A DNA stretch of 64,000 nt from a virus, in IMG/VR virus record IMGVR_UViG_3300029374_000334, positions 3,965 to 67,964 of that record, one strand, 5' to 3'. Positions 9,995 through 19,407 of this stretch are shown here, one piece after another. Every line of letters starts with the position of its first letter. Positions within the stretch are counted from its first letter, which is position 1. The translations under genes were made by a program, and so were the position numbers. The notes beneath the pieces were generated by a model. It made no database searches, had not been told where the DNA came from, and was given only the letters and a program-made list of their open reading frames with translations.

Positions 9995-10571
9995 TTACGC
10001 ATCGGATTTTGAAACTGAAAACTTTGAAAAAGCGGCGACGATTGACTTTTTCGAGTCCAATGGCGACGTGGTTTTTAGACACGACATTAGCAAAGGTATA
10101 TCACCCCGCTTTATAAAAGCCGACTGTATATACTCGGAGCCAGCTTGGAGACATGGGTATAAAAAATTCATGCAACGCAGCAATACGACACAATATCCAC
10201 CATATAAAGAATATCTTCTGAATCAAGAAAAGGTAATTAAAGAGCTTGGAATACCAAGCTTCATATTATGTGGAGCGGACATGTTACGAACATTGAAGCC
10301 TCAGTGGGTACAAGACATATATTTTTATCCGTACAAAGACAAGAAAAATTTCAAAATTGCAGGATACAACTCCGAACAATTTAAATTTAGTTCCGACCAC
10401 GAACTCCTAAAAATATTGACAGAAAAGTTTGACACTATTCTTGATTTTAACTGCGGTTACGGAAATGTGATACCGTTTATTAGAGAAAAGGGAAAACATT
10501 TTATCCTCTCTGATATATGTGGACATGCAATATTAAAAGTAGCAAAGGACTACATGGACTATAAGGTATGA
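9978..10571 (+). CDS. putative DNA methyltransferase-like protein (beta-class motif order)
   Basis: DCIYSEPAW (motif IV-like) then DFNCGYGNVIPF (motif I-like). Confidence 0.4.
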   Translation: MKIQSNYASDFETENFEKAATIDFFESNGDVVFRHDISKGISPRFIKADCIYSEPAWRHGYKKFMQRSNTTQYPPYKEYLLNQEKVIKELGIPSFILCGADMLRTLKPQWVQDIYFYPYKDKKNFKIAGYNSEQFKFSSDHELLKILTEKFDTILDFNCGYGNVIPFIREKGKHFILSDICGHAILKVAKDYMDYKV

Positions 10572-11761
10572 TTTTTTACAGTGACAAGAATGTTTACGAA
10601 GCAGCTCTTGAGAGAATTAGATATATCTTTCAAGAGTTTTATGGCAAACGCAAGATTGTTGTAACAATGTCTGGCGGTAAGGATTCGACTGTTGTGCTAA
10701 ATCTCGCCCATGAGGTTATGCAAGAAATGGGAATAGAGAAAATACCAGTTGTTTTCTTAGACCAAGAGGCAGAAACGCCAATGACAATTGAATATGTACG
10801 ATACGTTATGCATCTTCCATGGGTTGAACCTTATTGGATCCAGTCGTATTTCCAAGAATGGAATGCTTCTAAGGGAGAGTGGTTCAACGTATGGGGGCCA
10901 GGAGAGAAGTGGATTCGTGAAAAAGAGCCTGATTCTTATGGTGACTTGGAAATACCGCACAACCAGTATTTCTCCAAGACCCTTGATCAGGTACACAGGA
11001 TGTTATTCGGAAAAGACTACCTTACTCTGGGTGGTGTACGAATTGAGGAGTCGCCTGCAAGATTGTCTGGTCTTACAAGAGGAGAGTGCCTTCCTGGCAT
11101 CACATGGGGACGTGGTGGTGGATATTACAAAGATGGCACTCCAAGAAGTCTTGTGCTCTACCCCATTTGGGATTGGAAGGTTTATGATGTGTGGTATTAC
11201 ATCTTTAGCAACAAGATTCCGTACTGCAAACTCTACAATTATCAATTCACACAGAAGCCGCTGCGAGAATGCAGAGTTAGCTCATTAATCCACGAGCAAG
11301 CTTTACGCAACTTAGGATTTATCAAAGAGGTAGATCCGTGGTTCTACGATAAACTTGTCAAGCGAGTAGCCAATGTCAACACATCTGTACACGTTTTTAA
11401 CGATGTGGCGAAATATTGTTACAATCTACCACCTTATTTTAAGGATTGGGACGAATACGTTGATTACCTTGCCGATAACCTTTGTGAAGACAAGAAGAAT
11501 GCGGAAACAATAAAAAGAGGATATCGCTCTGCAAAAAAACGTAATGCGGAGAAAGCTGGTAATTGTCAAGAGTGCGTTGATTATGTAATACATCAGATAG
11601 GATTCACAAGTGCAGTTTGTGTTATTGCAGAGGATTTTGGCATGAAGAGAATACAGAGCGTTGAGCGCTCACTACGACAGTATTTGAGTGACAATTATGT
11701 TAAAATAGAAAAAGCTAATAAAGAATATGAATCTTCAAGAAAACATAAAGAAGGAGTTTGA
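10568..11761 (+). CDS. PAPS-reductase-like PP-loop ATP pyrophosphatase family protein (IbrA-like)
   Basis: PP-loop SGGKDS near the N-terminus; 397 aa; adjacent to ParB-like genes, as in IbrA/IbrB pairs. Confidence 0.7.
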   Translation: MIFYSDKNVYEAALERIRYIFQEFYGKRKIVVTMSGGKDSTVVLNLAHEVMQEMGIEKIPVVFLDQEAETPMTIEYVRYVMHLPWVEPYWIQSYFQEWNASKGEWFNVWGPGEKWIREKEPDSYGDLEIPHNQYFSKTLDQVHRMLFGKDYLTLGGVRIEESPARLSGLTRGECLPGITWGRGGGYYKDGTPRSLVLYPIWDWKVYDVWYYIFSNKIPYCKLYNYQFTQKPLRECRVSSLIHEQALRNLGFIKEVDPWFYDKLVKRVANVNTSVHVFNDVAKYCYNLPPYFKDWDEYVDYLADNLCEDKKNAETIKRGYRSAKKRNAEKAGNCQECVDYVIHQIGFTSAVCVIAEDFGMKRIQSVERSLRQYLSDNYVKIEKANKEYESSRKHKEGV

Positions 11762-12386
11762 CGCAGCGAAAGACAAGCTGCAGTTCATAAACGACCTTAG
11801 AAAATACATAAGCTCTTTGTCTCCGGAGAGAGTAAACCCGGTTGACTGTGTACTTTGGGTTGACAAAGACATGGTGGTTGCCAATAACTATAACCCTAAC
11901 CATGTTGCCGACAAAGAAATGCGACTTCTTTATACATCGGTAAGAGAGGACGGATACACTATGCCTATCGTCACCATTTGGGATGAGAAACTGCAGAAGT
12001 ACGTAATCATTGACGGATTCCACAGAAATCTCGTTATCCGCAAATTTGCCGACATAAACGAGCGTTGTGGCGGAAGATTGCCTATCGTAGTGCTCGACAA
12101 GGACATTGACCAGCGAATGGCCTCTACCGTCCGCCATAACAGAGCGCGAGGAAGTCATTCTGTCGACGGTATGGTGAACATTGTTTTCAATATGCTTCGT
12201 GACGGAAAGTCAGAGCGTGAGATTTGTGAGCAGGTAGGACTTGAACAAAAGGAGCTCGTAAAGCTAAAATACGTGACAGGTTTTGCCAAAATATTTAAAA
12301 ACTACAAGTACAACGCCGCAATCGAAAAAGTCGTAGATGAGAGGCGTGTGGCAAGAGAAACAGCAAAGAAAGGAGAAATAGAATGA
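11727..12386 (+). CDS. ParB-like nuclease domain protein
   Basis: IIDGFHRNLVIRKF (ParB DGxHR motif). Confidence 0.65.
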   Translation: MNLQENIKKEFDAAKDKLQFINDLRKYISSLSPERVNPVDCVLWVDKDMVVANNYNPNHVADKEMRLLYTSVREDGYTMPIVTIWDEKLQKYVIIDGFHRNLVIRKFADINERCGGRLPIVVLDKDIDQRMASTVRHNRARGSHSVDGMVNIVFNMLRDGKSEREICEQVGLEQKELVKLKYVTGFAKIFKNYKYNAAIEKVVDERRVARETAKKGEIE

Positions 12387-13009
12387 AAGTAAAATCAGTT
12401 AAGCTAAGCGAGATTTACCCTTATTACGATAATCCTCGCGACAACACAAATGCCGTAGAGCCTACCAAGGAGAGCATTAGGCGATTCGGTTTTGTAAAGC
12501 CGATTTTGGTAGATAAAGCAGGAGTTATCATTGCCGGTCACACACGTTACGTCGCAGCTTATCAATTAGGCATGGAGTACGTTCCTGTTGTATATTCCAG
12601 CATGGATGATGAGATGGCGAAGAAGTATCGCATCCTTGATAATAAACTTGCCGAAAAGTCATCATTTGACGAAGACCAGCTCTTGGAAGAGTTGCGAAAT
12701 ATGGAAGTGCCGACAGAAATGCAGGCCTTCTTCTTCGAGGATATAGACCAAATGCTTAATTTCTCCTTTGATTCAATTAGTCAGCAAGCAGAGGAATACG
12801 GTGGCTTCCAAGATGATTATTCATCAGTTGATAACGAAAACTTAGAAGCTACATCATCTGAAACAGAAACTACATCTACCGACGAAGAGGAAGAAGACCC
12901 CGCAAAAGACCTATTCGTACTAAAAGAACGCGAAGATGGAAGCCACTACATGAAGGTTGTTTGTCCATTCTGCGGCAATATGGAAATCATTGAAATAGAG
13001 GAGGTATAA
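12383..13009 (+). CDS. ParB-like domain protein with C-terminal zinc ribbon
   Basis: IIAGHTRYVAAYQLG ParB-like motif, acidic linker, CPFCG zinc ribbon. Confidence 0.55.
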   Translation: MKVKSVKLSEIYPYYDNPRDNTNAVEPTKESIRRFGFVKPILVDKAGVIIAGHTRYVAAYQLGMEYVPVVYSSMDDEMAKKYRILDNKLAEKSSFDEDQLLEELRNMEVPTEMQAFFFEDIDQMLNFSFDSISQQAEEYGGFQDDYSSVDNENLEATSSETETTSTDEEEEDPAKDLFVLKEREDGSHYMKVVCPFCGNMEIIEIEEV

Positions 13010-13010
13010 T

Positions 13011-13628
13011 ATGTCAGACATAAGAATCAACGACACCATCATAGAACTGCCAATTGAAAGCATCATACCGCATGATGGTTCGCACAAAACAGACGAAAAT
13101 GCAGTTAGTGCTATTATTCAGTCGATAAAAGACTTCGGTATTACGCAGCCCATCTCGATTGATAAAAACAACGTTATTGTAACTGGCAATGGAGTATACA
13201 AAGCGGCTAAGGCTTTGGGAATTGACAAAATTCCGTGCATACGTGTAGACTATCTCACAGACGAGCAGATACAGCAGTATCGCATTGCAGACGACAAGAC
13301 ATCAGAGTTCGCAACATGGAACGAGAAAAAGCTCCGTAAAGAACTATCTTATTTAGGCGATCCGAACAGCTTACAGTATGCGTTCGACGAAAGCATAACT
13401 AACATGCTCGGTCTTAATGCCAAGCCTAAGGCCCCCAAAACAGTCACCGTTCCAACAAAGGAAGAAACAAATCATTCAGTTAAAAAAGTAATTACCGAGG
13501 AGCAAAAGGATCAGAAGTTCAAAGAGGAGTTGAAGGGTGTGGAAGAGACCATTCAAGTTAAGCCCTCAGAATACTACGAATATCATTGCTCGAATTGCGG
13601 CAAACTTGTAAAAGTAAAGAAGCCATGA
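13011..13628 (+). CDS. ParB-like domain protein with C-terminal zinc ribbon
   Basis: N-terminal ParB-like fold (IVTGNGVYKAAKALG), HCSNCG zinc ribbon; paralogue of the upstream gene. Confidence 0.5.
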   Translation: MSDIRINDTIIELPIESIIPHDGSHKTDENAVSAIIQSIKDFGITQPISIDKNNVIVTGNGVYKAAKALGIDKIPCIRVDYLTDEQIQQYRIADDKTSEFATWNEKKLRKELSYLGDPNSLQYAFDESITNMLGLNAKPKAPKTVTVPTKEETNHSVKKVITEEQKDQKFKEELKGVEETIQVKPSEYYEYHCSNCGKLVKVKKP

Positions 13629-14161
13629 CACAAGAAACATCACAGCAGAAGACAAAATCGTTCGTGCATAGGATTCCAAACCCAGTTGGCAGACCTTTTA
13701 AAATAAAGTCTGCCTCTGAACTCTGGGAAAAGTTTGTGGCTTACTGTGATGATGTTGAAAACAACCCCTGGCAAGTAAAGACCGGCAGTAACTCTATTGC
13801 TGGAGACAATGGAAGACAAAGCAATACCATGCGACAAGAAGTACGTGTTATGCAAAGAGCATACACTCTTTATGGTTTTTGTGCTTTTTGCGGCATAGTC
13901 CAAAAATGGGCTGACTTCAAGCGTGGTAACATGAAACGTAAAGGTTTTGAGCCTGTTATTATGCAGATTGAGAATGTCGTTGCATCACAACAGCTTGATG
14001 GTGCGCTAATTCATCAGTTTGACAGTAACATTGTTGCTCGTCTAAATGGTCTTGCCGACAAGCACATACAGGAAGTCACTGGTAAGGATGGTGAAGAATT
14101 CAAATTCCCGAAATTATCAATTGACGATATTAACGAACTGAAAGATATAAATGGATTTTGA
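13625..14161 (+). CDS. putative terminase small subunit (by position)
   Basis: ATGA start-stop overlap with the upstream gene; directly precedes and overlaps TerL. Confidence 0.4.
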   Translation: MTQETSQQKTKSFVHRIPNPVGRPFKIKSASELWEKFVAYCDDVENNPWQVKTGSNSIAGDNGRQSNTMRQEVRVMQRAYTLYGFCAFCGIVQKWADFKRGNMKRKGFEPVIMQIENVVASQQLDGALIHQFDSNIVARLNGLADKHIQEVTGKDGEEFKFPKLSIDDINELKDINGF

Positions 14162-15626
14162 AAAGCAACGTTTACTCCATAGACAGCTATTAGCGTCTTC
14201 GCTATTGCAGTTTACCACCAAGATGTTCGCCTACACGGCTCGTAGAGAGTACGTCATAGGCGAACATCATAAGATTATATGCGATGCGTTAATGGACGTT
14301 ATAAAGGGCAGGACGAATAAACTCATTATAAACATATCGCCCCGTTACGGAAAAACGTTACTTTGTTCTCAAATGTTTATCGCCTACGGACTAGCATTAA
14401 ACCCGGCATCTAAATTTTTGCACTTATCTTATTCAGGAAGTTTGGTACAAGAAAATTCCATGGCGGTGAAAGACACAATAACTTCAACATATTTTCAGAC
14501 ACTTTTTCCAGAAGTTCAAATAAGGAAGAACGATAATACACGTGTGAAATGGAGCACAACAGCAGGAGGAGGTGAGTACGCTACATCTACTCTTGGACAG
14601 ATAACCGGTTTTGGCGCTGGTCAAGCCGAAATGACAGAAGATGAGTTAAAAAACATAGATGACTTTACTGCGCAGTTCAATCCAGACCATTTTGCAGGCG
14701 CAATAGTTATAGATGACCCATTGCGTCCAGACGATGCTCTTTCTGATAATGTAAGAGAGTCTATCAACAGACGATTTGAGACTACCATAAGAAACCGTGT
14801 AAACTCACGTAAGACACCAATTATCATAATTATGCAGCGACTGCATGAACACGATTTGTGTGGTTATCTTCAAGAGATCGAGCCAAACGAATGGACAGTT
14901 GTATCATTACCCGTTATTAAACGTGACGAAGATGGAACAGAACACGCTTTGTGGCCGTTCAAGCACACACTTGAAGAACTTTATAAAATCAAACACGCAA
15001 GTGAGTTTGTGTTCGAAACGCAGTATATGCAGAATCCTACCCCAATGGAGGGTCTCATGTATCATGTCTTTAGAACGTATGATGTACTGCCAGAAAGGAG
15101 AAAGGCACGTATGCTTGGCAATTATACAGACTCTGCAGACACTGGTTTCGATTTCCTGTGCTCTATATGTTTCGATGCGCATGATGATGGATATTATGTA
15201 ACAGACGTAATGTACACCAAACGTCCAATGGAGTTTACAGAGCCAGCACAAGCTAATATGCTTAAACGAAACAATACAGACATTTGTTTTGTGGAAAGCA
15301 ATAATGGAGGTCGTTCATTCGCCAGAAACGTCGAACGCCTTACAAAAGAGTACGGTAATCGCAAAACAAGATTCATAACGTTTACTCAGTCTAAGAACAA
15401 ACAGATACGAATATTCACACGTTCGAGTGAAGTAAACAATCGGCTTGTTTTCCCATCTAATTGGGAACAGCTATGGCCAGAGTTCGCACATGACTTAAAA
15501 GCATATCGCAAGGAGGGATATAACGCTCATGATGATGCTCCTGATGCAGCGACAGGAATTATAGAGAAATGCGAAGAATGGCTAAACAACATTTCGGACG
15601 AACAGATTATGAGAGACTTTTTGTAA
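14151..15626 (+). CDS. terL: terminase large subunit
   Basis: Walker A INISPRYGKT, Walker B-like VIDDP, C-terminal RNaseH-like nuclease signature NAHDDAPDAATG; 491 aa. Confidence 0.8.
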   Translation: MDFEKQRLLHRQLLASSLLQFTTKMFAYTARREYVIGEHHKIICDALMDVIKGRTNKLIINISPRYGKTLLCSQMFIAYGLALNPASKFLHLSYSGSLVQENSMAVKDTITSTYFQTLFPEVQIRKNDNTRVKWSTTAGGGEYATSTLGQITGFGAGQAEMTEDELKNIDDFTAQFNPDHFAGAIVIDDPLRPDDALSDNVRESINRRFETTIRNRVNSRKTPIIIIMQRLHEHDLCGYLQEIEPNEWTVVSLPVIKRDEDGTEHALWPFKHTLEELYKIKHASEFVFETQYMQNPTPMEGLMYHVFRTYDVLPERRKARMLGNYTDSADTGFDFLCSICFDAHDDGYYVTDVMYTKRPMEFTEPAQANMLKRNNTDICFVESNNGGRSFARNVERLTKEYGNRKTRFITFTQSKNKQIRIFTRSSEVNNRLVFPSNWEQLWPEFAHDLKAYRKEGYNAHDDAPDAATGIIEKCEEWLNNISDEQIMRDFL

Positions 15627-15745
15627 AACACCAAAGCCGCACGGAATAAATCCATGCGGCTTATTCTTTTTGTTCGTACAATCATGGTTATGCCGGATTT
15701 AGAAAAATGATGTAAGCCATGTAAACCACTGATAGCCAGCAACTT

Positions 15746-15877
15746 ATTTAGTATATTTAACTAAATTATCTATTGGTATATTTGCATATATGCGAATAAA
15801 TTAGTACCTTTGCATATAGATAAGGAACAGGTAGAATTGACTAACAGGTCGCTACCTAACAAGTTAAACCAATTAAA
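15746..15877 (+). repeat. copy 2 of the ~145-bp promoter/leader direct repeat
   Basis: -33 TTTG 15781-15784, -7 TACCTTTG 15805-15812; diverges from the other copies in the last ~15 nt. Confidence 0.85.
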
Positions 15878-15887
15878 TTCAGAAGAT

Positions 15888-16049
15888 ATGTCGGAAACAA
15901 AATGCACAACTTACAAAAACCATGTAATTCAGAAGTTTGAGGATATAAATGGCTTCGTATCAGTACTTATTGACTTTAAGACGGAGGCTGTTACAATAAA
16001 CAACGCCAAGAGAATTATCAATACAGGTTGTTCAATCTATAATTACTAA
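15888..16049 (+). CDS. small hypothetical protein (start set downstream of the repeat)
   Basis: The listed ORF 15810..16049 begins inside the repeat; first ATG after the repeat is 15888. Confidence 0.4.
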   Translation: MSETKCTTYKNHVIQKFEDINGFVSVLIDFKTEAVTINNAKRIINTGCSIYNY

Positions 16050-16053
16050 TATT

Positions 16054-16251
16054 ATGAGAAAGGTAAGTTTATTCAAAATGAGAATAGTTAAGGCTATAAA
16101 GCACGGAAACAACGAAGAGAGATACATCGCTGAAGCATGTAAGGTCGGATATAACGTTTTCGACTTTCACACAGCGATAGATCTGTTGGAGAGAGAACAA
16201 GTGATAAAGTACAACGAAACTATCGAAGGTTACGAATTATGCAATCAGTAA
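16054..16251 (+). CDS. hypothetical protein
   Basis: 65-aa ORF. Confidence 0.4.
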   Translation: MRKVSLFKMRIVKAIKHGNNEERYIAEACKVGYNVFDFHTAIDLLEREQVIKYNETIEGYELCNQ

Positions 16252-16256
16252 TTATA

Positions 16257-16507
16257 ATGGCAGACGGTCTACTAAAAAAGTAGACCCTGCCAATGGAACC
16301 GACTTCTCACTTAACGAACTAAATGAAATCGTTGATGGATATATTGAAGTTCTCCATATCGGAGATAAACTTCTTGTCTGCAATGAGGAAGGGAAACTTA
16401 ACAATCTCTCTTACAATGCTAAGGCAACGCGTCTCATTAACGCAGCTGGCATAAAAGACTATATAGTAGGTAACGTATTATTTTGCGATAAAGATAAAAT
16501 CAAATAA
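16257..16507 (+). CDS. hypothetical protein needing a -1 frameshift at A_AAA_AAG (16274-16280), or a homopolymer indel
   Basis: ATG at 16257 opens an 8-codon frame ending in CTA_AAA_AAG_TAG. The -1 frame is open and protein-like for ~75 further codons to 16507 and has no start codon of its own. Confidence 0.35.
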
Positions 16508-16509
16508 CT

Positions 16510-16707
16510 ATGAACAAAGAACAATTGAAAAGATACCTCATTGACGAGGCAGAACACAAAGAAGCAAGAGTTAACGAGATGGACGCATGGGAACTGTTTG
16601 ACAGATACCTTAAGTGGAACGGAATCTGCGGATACACAAACGACATCATCGAAGCCGTTAAGGCCGCGTTTGAAGATGAAATACTATTCGACGATACGGA
16701 GGACTAA
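16510..16707 (+). CDS. hypothetical protein
   Basis: 65-aa ORF. Confidence 0.4.
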   Translation: MNKEQLKRYLIDEAEHKEARVNEMDAWELFDRYLKWNGICGYTNDIIEAVKAAFEDEILFDDTED

Positions 16708-16710
16708 GTT

Positions 16711-17160
16711 ATGGGATGTTTCAGTTGGTTTACGATGGATACACACCATCGAATTGTGAACTGTGATTTGTACACCGTATACCTCGTAGATGACAAGGGC
16801 AATAAATGGAAGGAAAATTGCTACGAAGGCTATGGAGTATTCGGAGGCAAGGATTTTTATGAATTGTTAGCCGAAATGAATGGTTATGAGTTCAAAGATT
16901 ATGGAGATGGCGAAGGGTATGTTATTCATGGTGGCAAGAAATACGTATCAAACAACGTGTGGGAAGACGCAAGACTCATAGGAATAGAATTGGCTTTCGG
17001 AGAAGAACCAGGTGGAGAATGTAAATACCCATATGGTAATAATCCAAATTTGAATTGGCCAGCTATAACAGAGAGCGGCGAATATATTAAAGGAATACCA
17101 GAAACGGATCCTGAACAAGGGTTTATAAAAGACGATAACGAAGAGGAGGACTGGACATGA
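16711..17160 (+). CDS. hypothetical protein
   Basis: 149-aa ORF; its stop overlaps the ligase start. Confidence 0.5.
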   Translation: MGCFSWFTMDTHHRIVNCDLYTVYLVDDKGNKWKENCYEGYGVFGGKDFYELLAEMNGYEFKDYGDGEGYVIHGGKKYVSNNVWEDARLIGIELAFGEEPGGECKYPYGNNPNLNWPAITESGEYIKGIPETDPEQGFIKDDNEEEDWT

Positions 17161-17954
17161 AGCCAATGCTAGCTACAAAATACAACAAAGCACAGGTTAA
17201 ATTCCCGTGCTTTGTACAACCAAAGTACGACGGAGTTCGTTGTCTTCTATATGAAGATGGTGATGGATTTATACATTTGGAGTCAAGGGGTGGCAAGGAA
17301 TATAATGTTCCACAAATCAAAGAATGGGCAGAGCATCATAGGAGCTACCTGCCTTTGGATGGTGAGATATACAGTCACAAAGAGCTTACATTCCAACAAA
17401 TCTGTTCTGCAGTAAAATGCAAAACAGAGCTAACGGACAAACTCAAAATGGTCGTATATGACAAACCAGTAAAAGAGCAAGGGTTTGAAATGCGCTTTGT
17501 AAACCTTCAATGCGAGATACCAGCTGACAGAACAATTTGGCCTGTGTATCGCTCTATGACATATCTGTGCTACTCAGAAGAACAAATAAAAGAGCTACAC
17601 GACAAGTTCGTAAAACAAGGATACGAGGGAGCGGTAATCCGCAATATAGGACATGGGTATGTAGAAGGACGTAGCAACGACCTAATGAAATTAAAAGTGT
17701 TTGATACAACTGAGTTTGAGGTTGTTGATGTATTGGAAGCTGGAGGCAACGATGCAGGTACTGCAATATTCGTGCTCAGAGCAGAAAAATTCAACTTCTG
17801 CGCACGTCCTACTGGCTCCAAGGAACTCCGTGCCAAGTACCTTAAAGAGAGAGGCAAATTAATAGGAAAGAAAGCCACCATACAGCATCAAGGATATACC
17901 GATGCTATGGTTCCTCGTTTCCCAGTAATGCTAAATATCAGAGACTATGAATAA
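17157..17954 (+). CDS. ATP-dependent DNA ligase (small phage-type)
   Basis: Motif I KYDGVR (active-site lysine), motif IV EGAVIRN, motif V LMKLKVF, motif VI VPRFPVMLNIRDYE. Confidence 0.85.
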   Translation: MKPMLATKYNKAQVKFPCFVQPKYDGVRCLLYEDGDGFIHLESRGGKEYNVPQIKEWAEHHRSYLPLDGEIYSHKELTFQQICSAVKCKTELTDKLKMVVYDKPVKEQGFEMRFVNLQCEIPADRTIWPVYRSMTYLCYSEEQIKELHDKFVKQGYEGAVIRNIGHGYVEGRSNDLMKLKVFDTTEFEVVDVLEAGGNDAGTAIFVLRAEKFNFCARPTGSKELRAKYLKERGKLIGKKATIQHQGYTDAMVPRFPVMLNIRDYE

Positions 17955-18273
17955 AACGATAGAAAAAGTTGCTGAATTATGTGGCTGGAAGGTCTATATT
18001 GACAATACTATTTTTGAGTTCGAAAAAATGATAGGAACCCAAGATTTTGTGTTTTCCATATCATACAAAGAAAAGAGCTTGCAATCAGTTGTCATTCAAA
18101 TAGAAAACTACCTAAAGAACTTTGATGTAGATTATGAGACATTAATATGGATTGGGGAAGATGGCCACGGTAAAAACGGAGCACCATACCACATAAAAGA
18201 CATATTAGACGAAATGTATTCAGCAAAAGAACAAATAGCAACATTGCTATACGAGATAAAAAGGAAACTATGA
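17947..18273 (+). CDS. hypothetical protein
   Basis: 108-aa ORF. Confidence 0.5.
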   Translation: MNKTIEKVAELCGWKVYIDNTIFEFEKMIGTQDFVFSISYKEKSLQSVVIQIENYLKNFDVDYETLIWIGEDGHGKNGAPYHIKDILDEMYSAKEQIATLLYEIKRKL

Positions 18274-18512
18274 AAGAATTTAGAAATCACCAAAAGGTAA
18301 CACGCGAACAGCTTGAAGAAGCTTATGCGGAAGAAATGGAATGGTACAAGGCAAATCACATTCAACGAAATTTTGACAAGTATACGGAATGTTTCTGGAT
18401 TCTGTTCAATGACGGAGAGAGCTCTTATATGTGGGCAGTAGACACAGTGTGTGAAAATTTCCCCGAATGCAATAGAAACGAGCTTGAAAACGTATTAGAC
18501 AAGTACATTTAA
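18270..18512 (+). CDS. hypothetical protein
   Basis: 80-aa ORF. Confidence 0.45.
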   Translation: MKEFRNHQKVTREQLEEAYAEEMEWYKANHIQRNFDKYTECFWILFNDGESSYMWAVDTVCENFPECNRNELENVLDKYI

Positions 18513-18524
18513 CAAACAACAAAT

Positions 18525-18689
18525 ATGGATAGATACAAAATATACATCAAGGAAACTCTCAGCCGCATCGTCGAGATAAATGCAGAATCTTCACACGATG
18601 CATTGGAAGAGGTAAAACGTATGTACCGAAATAGTGAAATCGTACTTGATGATGGAGACTATGATGGTGTTGATTTCAATTTCGTTTAG
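18525..18689 (+). CDS. small hypothetical protein (54 aa)
   Basis: ATG-initiated ORF absent from the track because it is <60 aa; protein-like composition. Confidence 0.3.
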   Translation: MDRYKIYIKETLSRIVEINAESSHDALEEVKRMYRNSEIVLDDGDYDGVDFNFV

Positions 18690-18785
18690 AAAAATAATTG
18701 GTTTAACATAATAATTTCTGACTTGATGCGTTAGTATTAAGAGTACTAACTAAAGCTGGGCTAACGGCATGACGGGCGCATCATA

Positions 18786-19127
18786 ATGGGAAACAATCAA
18801 TATATGCCTGGAGGCATGTTACCGTCAGGTGACATTAAGGTAGAGACAAGTAACCAAAAAACATCCGTAGACGACAATGTGGAAGTAGCCGATTGGATAA
18901 GCCGAATAGCAAAACTTGGTATAGTCCTTTCATTATTGTCTATTATAGTCATACTATTTGTAGTATTACCAGACGAGTATTCATCTTTTGCGTCAACACT
19001 ACCAACGCTTATGACAGCTATAATGAGTCTAATAGCATCTGTAGGAATGCTTGGATTTTCATGGGTTGTACGAGCTTGTATAGTATATCTTTTTAATTCT
19101 GGCTATTTCGGAAAGAAAGATAAGTAA
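18786..19127 (+). CDS. small membrane protein (two transmembrane helices)
   Basis: Two long hydrophobic segments. Confidence 0.45.
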   Translation: MGNNQYMPGGMLPSGDIKVETSNQKTSVDDNVEVADWISRIAKLGIVLSLLSIIVILFVVLPDEYSSFASTLPTLMTAIMSLIASVGMLGFSWVVRACIVYLFNSGYFGKKDK

Positions 19128-19172
19128 CGAATTGATATACAGAGAAATAATTTTAGTTTTCTTGCCTAAAAA

Positions 19173-19204
19173 TTTGGTGGATTGCGGGAATTTTAGTACC
19201 TTTG
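19173..19204 (+). promoter_or_regulatory. Bacteroidetes-type promoter (-33 TTTG / -7 TACCTTTG) preceding a ~200-nt structured leader
   Basis: TTTG (19173-19176) then 20 nt then TACCTTTG (19197-19204); the -7 context TAGTACCTTTGTATAT matches that of the three big repeats. Confidence 0.55.
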
Positions 19205-19407
19205 TATATGGAAAAAGAGTGGTGATTTCACCCGTTGAGCGCGTTAAGTTCGGACATGTTGATATTTTACGGTACAGCCATAATTGTAGGCAGTCGTGAT
19301 TTGCGCCGCTCGGTGATATTCACCGCTCTTTTTCCCACCAGGCGTAATGAGCGGCTGCCTACTTTATTAAATGAGCTCAGGTAAACCATAATAGAGGAAA
19401 AAGAGTT

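Noticed and set aside
10788-11288. Internal + strand ORF 10788..11288 and several other 60-170-aa alternative-frame ORFs inside larger genes
   Set aside because: They are embedded in confidently assigned genes in other frames and have no independent support.
15810-16049. ORF 15810 start as listed
   Set aside because: Its first 26 codons are encoded by the conserved promoter/leader repeat shared with two other loci. The start was moved to ATG 15888.
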